Part shown: positions 57,216 to 64,000 of the stretch, one piece after another | How positions within the stretch are numbered: the first letter of the stretch is position 1 | Layout of the letters: each line of letters begins with the position of its first letter | Source: Scyliorhinus canicula | Taxonomy: Eukaryota | Direction of reading: 5' to 3' | Assembly: GCF_902713615.1 (NCBI RefSeq) | Contig: NC_052162.1 | Coordinates: 130,844,653-130,908,652, forward strand | DNA: 64,000 bases | The notes under the pieces: model-generated | Databases searched by the model: none | The model's input: only the letters and a program-made list of their open reading frames with translations | What the model was told of the DNA's origin: nothing | Made by a program: the position numbers and the translations under genes

Positions 57216-58159
57216 AGCCAGATCACGTCGCTGTTTTATATAACATTTTTCTGACTGAAATATTTCTTCTGCTGAAAGTTCTGGTGGATCGTGACCACCA
57301 CTAGAATTTGCAGACGACATCTCAGCTGCCTTTTCAACTTCAAAACAGTATTTCTAATCCCGGGCCTTCAAGTCGTAGATTATTCCATTAGTCAAAAAGA
57401 TCACAATATATATATACATATATATCTGACACTTGAGCCGATTTCACTCCGGACGCGTTCGTAAAGAGTGTAGGGAGTCACCCGAGTACAAGCGATCACA
57501 GATCTGTAGGTCTTTTACCTCTTTTTTGCCAATCTGCTGCCAATACTTCGGTAAGACATTCGGTATCTCCTCCGTTGCTCGCTAGATTATCTCTTATTTT
57601 ATCTTCCAAATAAGGGTACAGTCCGGTTGATTGGAGGTGTCCAAAACATGCTTTTATTGCTAAATATTCACTTACACTTGCATAGAAACTGAATCAATAA
57701 ACTTGTCAAGGCATAGCGAAAAATGTTAAAACATAAAGAAAAGATATAGAGAAATCACTTAAAACAGAAAATAATTAACAGATGCTTCAAGAATTCCATA
57801 AAGCAAGAATTCAGAACAATAATTGATGATATGATCTTACTCTTCAGGAAATCCTTATTTATAGTTTAGTCCCCTGTTTATTTGCCATTGGTCCTAATTC
57901 TCAGCTGAGGCTCCCTGATTTGTCTGAAAAGGTATCAATCACTTAAAAAGTGATTAGTTAATTAAACATTAATCATTTTCTCAAGATTAATTATGCCCCC
58001 CCCCCCAACATAAGCTAATTTCTCTATGTACTTTCTCATGGCTAAAGCTTTTGCATCACGGCTAGACATTAACCTCACTATAGTTACTTAATTGTTGCAA
58101 TTTTGTTAAATGTCTTTCTAATACAATGGTTTATCCTCATCATCTTTCTTTATTCTAAA

Positions 58160-60000
58160 ATTTTTTATTGGCTTTTGTTCTACATGTATACACACACAGA
58201 ATGAGAAAAGTTTTTTTTACAAGTGGGGGGCACCTGGGTGCTGCCCCTCATGCTATTTACATTTCAGTCAGTTTCTTATTATTTATTTGCATGAGCTTCG
58301 ACTTTGGACCATTCCTTGTCTTCCTTTCGTCTTGCTGTGGCTGTTGTCTTCTCCGGTGTTTTCTACCCCGCTTGTGTTCCCCTCTCTATTCCCCCTCCAT
58401 TCTCCCCCCCCCCCCCCCCCCAACTTTTTCTCTCGCTTGGTTTGGCTGCACTTTCTCGTTCCCCGGGTCTTCCCTCTCCCCCCCTCTCTCCTATTGCGTC
58501 TTGGGGCTACCTCGACCTAGCTCCTGGCTGGCCACAAACAGGTCCCGGAACAATCGGGTGAATGGCTCCCATGTTTTGCGGAAGTTGTCTTCCGACCACG
58601 GATGGCGCATTTGATTTTCCCCGTTTAGAGAAATTCCGATAGGTTGGACAGCCAGTCTGCAGCTTTAGGTGCTGCTGTCATTATGTGGCCTTGACCTATC
58701 CATCCTCGGGTCCAGAACCATATTCCAATTCCACCCCCCCCTGGCATTATCAGCTGGTGAGCATCCAGGTCCAGTATGGCCACTAGCATTTTCCTCACAA
58801 ACCCAGTGCCGTCCCAGTTCGGGACAAACACACAAACTAACACCACCAACCTTCCCTCCAGTGCTCCTGTCACTCACGTACCTGCCCCCTTGATCCGCCA
58901 CTACTGTTGACATTTGGAAATCCCCCCCCCCCCCCCATGCTGTCAAAGAGAGGATGGGACACCCGGCTCACCCAGTCCTTCCTCAACCTCATCTAGTCCT
59001 TTCCCCTCAGGTGGGTCTCCTGTAACAGCACCATGTCTGCTTTCAGGCCCTTCAGATGCAAGAAAACCCGCGCTCTCTTCACCACTGCCCCCCCCCCCCC
59101 CCCTCCCAACCCTGTACGTTGCACCACCACACTGGCCGGGGGTCTCACACGCCTCCCCGCCCTGACCATCCTTCCAGGCCCTGCCTGACAAGCAGGACCC
59201 CGCCCTGGCTCTCATCACTGCCGCCCCGCAGCCCGTTCCCAACAACCCCTCCGTACACCTCCTCTTGAAAACACTTCACTCAGTATCGGTCGCATTCCTC
59301 CACCATTCACACCTCCCAAGCCCATCAAAACCTGCCCAACCAGGTTCCAATGGCCATGACCCCTCCCCCAAATTGCTCCCATTCACTAGCCAACACTACA
59401 TTTGCTAGCGTGATGGCCCTTGCCAGAGCCCCCTCCCCCACATCAGGCTTCCACCTGGGCTCCCAGCCCTCGGTTAATCGTTGCCACCTTCCACAGCTCC
59501 TCATCCACCGAGGTGAGATGGTCACGATGCTGTGACAAGGCCTCCTCTATCCCTTTCGTTTTCTCCCCCTGCTCCCGCACCACTGCCGAAGTTCTCACTA
59601 ACTCCTCTTTCACCAGGGCAAGTGTCTCTCTCACCCATGCCTTAAACAAGACCATCATCGACATGTGACGCTTTTTGAAATGCTTCCAGAACAGCCATCA
59701 CCTCTGTCATCTTCACCACCGTAATGTGTGCGGCCTCACCCGATGGGCTCGCTACAGAATCAGAGAATTTACAGTGCAGAAGGAGCTCTCCTGCCACCTT
59801 TCCTTCTGCTGCACCCTTCGACTTTCGCTCGCTGCCTTCTTCCACTGATTCTTCTTGCCGGCTTCTGGCATTCTATAAGTGCCCCAAACCTTCCCACAGC
59901 TCCTCACGAACAAATCTTTGCCGAAAACTGGACTAAAACGGCCATGAAAGACGGCTCTGGGAGGAACATGCGAACGCCACCTTCATGCCGCAACCGGATT
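58160..60000 (-). mobile_element. Internally deleted L1/Tx1-like element
   Basis: ORF1 N-terminal coiled coil, EN fragment VFVPNWDGTGFVRKML, C-terminal LRKTWEPFTRLF, AATAAA and A-tail. Confidence 0.7.
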
Positions 60001-60274
60001 TCCTTTTACATATACCGGTAGAAGCTTTCAGTCAGTTTTTATGTTTCTCGCCAGTTTGCTCTGATATTCTATTTCCTCTCTCTGTTTCTAGGTCCTCCTT
60101 TGCAGAATTCTGAAATAAGTTCCCAATCCTCAGGTTTACTATTATTTTTACCACGTTATGAGCCTCTTTCTTTGATCTAATGGAATCTTTAACTTTTCTT
60201 GTTAACCAAGGTTGCATCACTTTTCCTGTTGGATTTTTGTTCCTTAAAGGAATCTATATTTGTTGTATATATGT

Positions 60275-60482
60275 GAAATAAAAGTCGCAAAAATTCCAGA
60301 GGACCATCAGCTGCGCTCGTCTTTGACAGAGAGAGAGTTGACTGGAGGTGATAACTTCAGACTTGGGCCTGGTTGAGAAGGCGGGGCCTTCATGAATAAC
60401 CCCAGCCAGTAGGGGAGTTGAATCCGCACTGTTGGCCTCGCTCTGCATCACGAACCAGCCGTCCAGCCAATTGAGCGAACCA
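60275..60482 (-). mobile_element. tRNA-headed SINE, distinct family
   Basis: GGTTCGCTCAATTGGCTGG head, GGATTCAACTCC B-box; related fragment at about 27830-27885. Confidence 0.55.
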
Positions 60483-60908
60483 ACCCACTGGTAAATGTAA
60501 TAATTCCTTAAATATTCGGTATTCCCTGTCTCCCATCAGTTTCCCAGTCCACCACACACAACTTGCCCCTCATACCCTGATAGTCTTTTTTGTGAGGAAC
60601 ACGCAGATAAATTAAACAAAAGAATCATGTAACCACCAGGGCCCATCTCCATGGCAACGTGACACGTTTTGGGGGTTCCAAACAGAAATTAAATATCTTC
60701 AAACTTCCAAACGTCCTTTCACTCTTGTGATCCTTGTGCAATTTGAAGCCAGGTATTAGCGACAAGGCTCAAAGAGCATCAGCCCACTAGAGGCAAAGTG
60801 GTGAGACCAGCCAGTCCAGCAGAAAGAAACCCTCCGACCCTCCCCACTGACCACCTGTCAGAACCCCTGTAATCAATTGTGAAATTGTTGATGTCACAGT
60901 AGGTGCAA

Positions 60909-62252
60909 TTAAACATGCAATGCCGTCTCACATTGAGAGGTGAATGGCCGCTCCTCAGGGTGACCCCGCTGGTGTCTCCGCAGGTTGGATAATTGAGTAA
61001 ATGCTTTACCACACTGAGAACAGGTGAACGGCTTCTCGCCAGTGTGAACTCGCTGGTGTGTCTGCAGGGTGGATGAATCACTGAACCCTTTCCCACACTG
61101 AGAGCAGGTGAATGGCCACTTCCCGGTGTGTACTCGCTGGTGTCTCAATAGGTTGGACGAATCACTGAATCCTTTCCCACACTGGGAGCAGATGAACGGC
61201 CTCTCCCCAGTGTGAACTCGCTGGTGTGTCTGCAGAGTGGATAATTGAGGAAATCCTTTTCCACACTGGGAGCAGGTGAATGGCTTCTCCCCAGTGTGAA
61301 CTCGCTGGTGCGTCTGCAGGTTGGATAATTGAGTAAATCCTTTCCCACACTGAGAGCAGGCGAACGGCCTCTCCCCAGTGTGAATCCGCTGATGTCGCAA
61401 TAGGTGGGATGAATCAATGAATCCCTTCCCACACTGAGAGCAGGTGAACGGCCTCTCTCCAGTGTGAACCCGCTGATGTACCCGTAGGTGGGATAACTGA
61501 GAGAATCCCTTCCCACACACGGAGCAGGTAGACGGCCTCTCCCCAGTGTGAACTCGCTGATGTTTCCGCAGAGTGGATGAATAACTGAATCCCTTCCCAC
61601 ACTGAGAGCAAGTGAATGGCCTCTCGCCAGTGTGAACCCGCTGGTGTGTGTGCAGGGTGGATGAACGACTGAATCCCTTCCCACACTGAGAGCAGGTGAA
61701 CGGTCTCTCCCCTGTGTGAACTCGCTGATGTGTCTGCAGGGTGGATGAATCCCCGAATCCCTTCCCACACTGAAAGCAGGTGAACGGCCTCTCCCCAGTG
61801 TGAATTCGCTGGTGTGACTGTAGCTTGGATAAGTGACTGAATCCCTTCCCACACTGAGAGCAGGTGAACGGCTTCTCCCCAGTGTGAACTCGCTTGTGTC
61901 TCTGCATGTTGGACAACTCACTGAATCCCTTCCCACACTGAGGGCAGATGAATGGCCTCTCCCCAGTATGAACTCGTTGGTGTGACTGCAGGTGGGAGAA
62001 CCGAGTGAATTCCTTCCCACACTGAGAGCAGGTGAATGGCGTCTCCCCAGTGTGAACTCGCTGATGTGACTGCAGGTGGTATAACTGAGTGAATCCCTTC
62101 CCACAGTGAAAGCAGGTGAATGGCCTCTCCCCAGTGTGACTGCGTCGATGAATTTCCAGCACAGATGGGGATCTGTATCCCTTTCCACAGTACCCACATT
62201 TCCACGGTTTCTCCATGTTTAGGGTCTTCTCGTGTCTCTCCAAGTTGGACAT
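60909..62252 (-). CDS. C2H2 zinc-finger protein H, 15 fingers, 447 aa (or from MEKPWKC), no effector domain
   Basis: 15 canonical fingers with TGERPF/TGEKPF linkers; acceptor TTTGTTTACAG before 62621. Confidence 0.92.
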   Translation of the reverse strand: MSNLERHEKTLNMEKPWKCGYCGKGYRSPSVLEIHRRSHTGERPFTCFHCGKGFTQLYHLQSHQRVHTGETPFTCSQCGKEFTRFSHLQSHQRVHTGERPFICPQCGKGFSELSNMQRHKRVHTGEKPFTCSQCGKGFSHLSKLQSHQRIHTGERPFTCFQCGKGFGDSSTLQTHQRVHTGERPFTCSQCGKGFSRSSTLHTHQRVHTGERPFTCSQCGKGFSYSSTLRKHQRVHTGERPSTCSVCGKGFSQLSHLRVHQRVHTGERPFTCSQCGKGFIDSSHLLRHQRIHTGERPFACSQCGKGFTQLSNLQTHQRVHTGEKPFTCSQCGKGFPQLSTLQTHQRVHTGERPFICSQCGKGFSDSSNLLRHQRVHTGKWPFTCSQCGKGFSDSSTLQTHQRVHTGEKPFTCSQCGKAFTQLSNLRRHQRGHPEERPFTSQCETALHV

Positions 62253-63029
62253 TCAGAGAAAGCCTCGGCCACACACAGAACACGGGTACAGTCTCTCCTC
62301 GCTGTGAGTTCCACAATCAGTTACTGGAACACTCTCACTTGGGTGGGTGTTGCGTGGGTCTTGGTGCTTTTCCAGTTACACTGATGTTTCCACAGTCAGT
62401 TCACTGGGACACTTTCACTCGGGTGTGTGTGTGTGTCTCGATGCTTTCCCTGTCACACTGATGTTTGAAAACTTTTCCCACAAAGGTAACAGACAAATAT
62501 TTCTCCTTCTACAGTGAAAGGCAGATGACATTCAAGTCCTGATGAATCGAGTGATTCTGTTAAATCTTGACGTGATGTTTGTTTTGAGATTTCTGTCTGC
62601 AAATTCTCCCCTTCTAACACCCTGTAAACAAAAAAAGTAGTACAGTGATGATGAAGTACAGGATAGAAATTCTGAACAGACAATTCTAGTTTCTCTGGAA
62701 CAATTTTTCCTCTCTTGTCCCTCCCCAAAGCTGTAAATCCCCGTCCCACACACTCTCCCTCCTCCCTGGGCTGAAATCCAAACCCATCTCACCATCTGCA
62801 CCATTTCTTTCCTCCACTCCCAGTTTTCTCCCTCCCTCTCCTCTGCCTGGGTTCAGTTCTCCAGCTCCTGTCTGCAGACTGACAATAAATGATTTTCTCT
62901 CCTGGTCACGGGGACCCCGAAGCTCCGCCCACCTACCAACAACCATATTCATTCAGCTCAATTTCCCTAACCTGCCTGTGTTTTATATGGGTTCTTCCAC
63001 ACTCCCTTTATCCTGATCTAAATTCATAC

Positions 63030-63372
63030 TATCATAGAATCCCTATAGTGCAGAAGGAGGCCATTCGGCCCATTGTGTTTGCACCAACCCTTCGAAACAG
63101 CCCTCCACCCATGTCCGCTCTCCCGCCCTATCACCGTAACCCCACAACCTAACCTGCACATCCTGGACATTAACAAAAACAATTCGGTGTGGCCAATCCA
63201 CATAACCTGCACATGTTAGGACTATGGGAGGAGACCGGAGCACCTGGAGGGAACCCACACAGATACGGGGAGAACGTCCAAAACTCCACAATCAGTGACC
63301 CACGGTGGGAATTGAACCTGGGGTCCCTGCCGCTGAGATAACAGTGCTACCTACTGTGCCACCGTGCTGCCC
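63030..63372 (-). mobile_element. V-SINE with CR1-type tail
   Basis: Family match. Confidence 0.75.
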
Positions 63373-63384
63373 ATTCATTTTATA

Positions 63385-64000
63385 GGTAGAAGAAGGGGAG
63401 AATTACAAGCGGGAAGCTCAAACCAAAAATCAAGTTAGGAGTCACTGGGTTCACCCAGAGCTGAATATCATTAGTTTTTCAATGTGGGAGGAGAAAGGGT
63501 CAGTCACAAAGGAGAGAAACTGTACACGTGGTATTTGTGTGGACAAGGCTTCATCTGATCATCAGGCCTGTTCAAACACAAATGCAGTCACATCGGGAAG
63601 AAACCACCAAAATGTGGGGATTAAAGGAAGGAATCTTAATACCTGTCTGAGGTACAAACTCCTCGCTGCAGCCACACAGGCTGTTCGCCTGCTCTCACAT
63701 GTGTAAGGGATTCACTCTGTCATCCCTGTGTAAACAACAGTGAGTTTGTACTGAGGAGATGCTGTTTACCTGCTGTGTGAATGGACAGTGAATCATTAAT
63801 CCATCCCTGCAGAAACAACAGTGAGTTTGCACTGAGGAGATGCTGTTTACCTGCTGTGTGAATGGACAGTGAATCATTAATCCATCCCTGCAGAAACAAC
63901 AGTGAGTTTGCACTGAGGAGAGGCTGTTTACCTGCTCCGTGTGTCGAATATGATTTAATCGCTCACCCAACTTTCTGGGACAGCAGCATGTTCAGCGGGA
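63385..64000 (+). pseudogene. Decayed ZNF exon (remnant I)
   Basis: GAGAAACTGTACACGTG, GAAACCACCAAAATGTGGGGA, AAGGGATTCACTCTGTCATCC with stops and frameshifts. Confidence 0.65.
63721..63935 (+). repeat. 81-bp tandem repeat (about 2.7 units) of a dead zinc-finger unit
   Basis: CATCCCTG recurs at 63721, 63802 and 63883. Confidence 0.9.

Noticed and set aside
57240-58145. Possible ERV 5' LTR with tRNA-Arg PBS (57567-57584, minus)
   Set aside because: Only 13/18 match to the PBS, and no clear TG..CA ends or TSD.
61145-62197. 350-aa overlapping alternative-frame ORF in ZNF H
   Set aside because: Expected by-product of homogeneous finger codons; no independent support.

Overview
Eukaryotic DNA, most likely a cartilaginous fish (shark/catshark-like). 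This is inferred from the HE1-type V-SINE/CR1 repeat complement, not from a database search. The window is a repeat-saturated cluster of C2H2 zinc-finger genes with no effector domain: three long finger arrays (13.5-14.3 kb minus, with an upstream nonsense codon; 46.2-46.8 kb plus, 8 fingers; 60.9-62.3 kb minus, 15 fingers), plus several decayed paralogs and NRF1/YY1/CCAAT-type CpG promoters. Most of the remainder is retroelements: CR1 LINEs (one almost intact, headed by a 35-bp higher-order repeat; one with a 17-bp minisatellite expanded inside its RT), dozens of tRNA-derived SINEs with interchangeable tails, solo LTRs, Penelope-like elements carrying hammerhead ribozyme motifs, L1/Tx1 and Rex1-like fragments, and MITEs. 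The most unusual items are a TSD-flanked, poly(A)-tailed 200-bp element with a U2 snRNA head (candidate snRNA-derived SINE), foldback Penelope termini with a hammerhead motif on each strand, a degenerate intron-containing tRNA-Pro(TGG), a retroposed 18S rRNA 3' end, and an intronless cofilin pseudogene that retains a TATA/pyrimidine-initiator promoter. Repeat boundaries were read by eye and may be off by a few bases.
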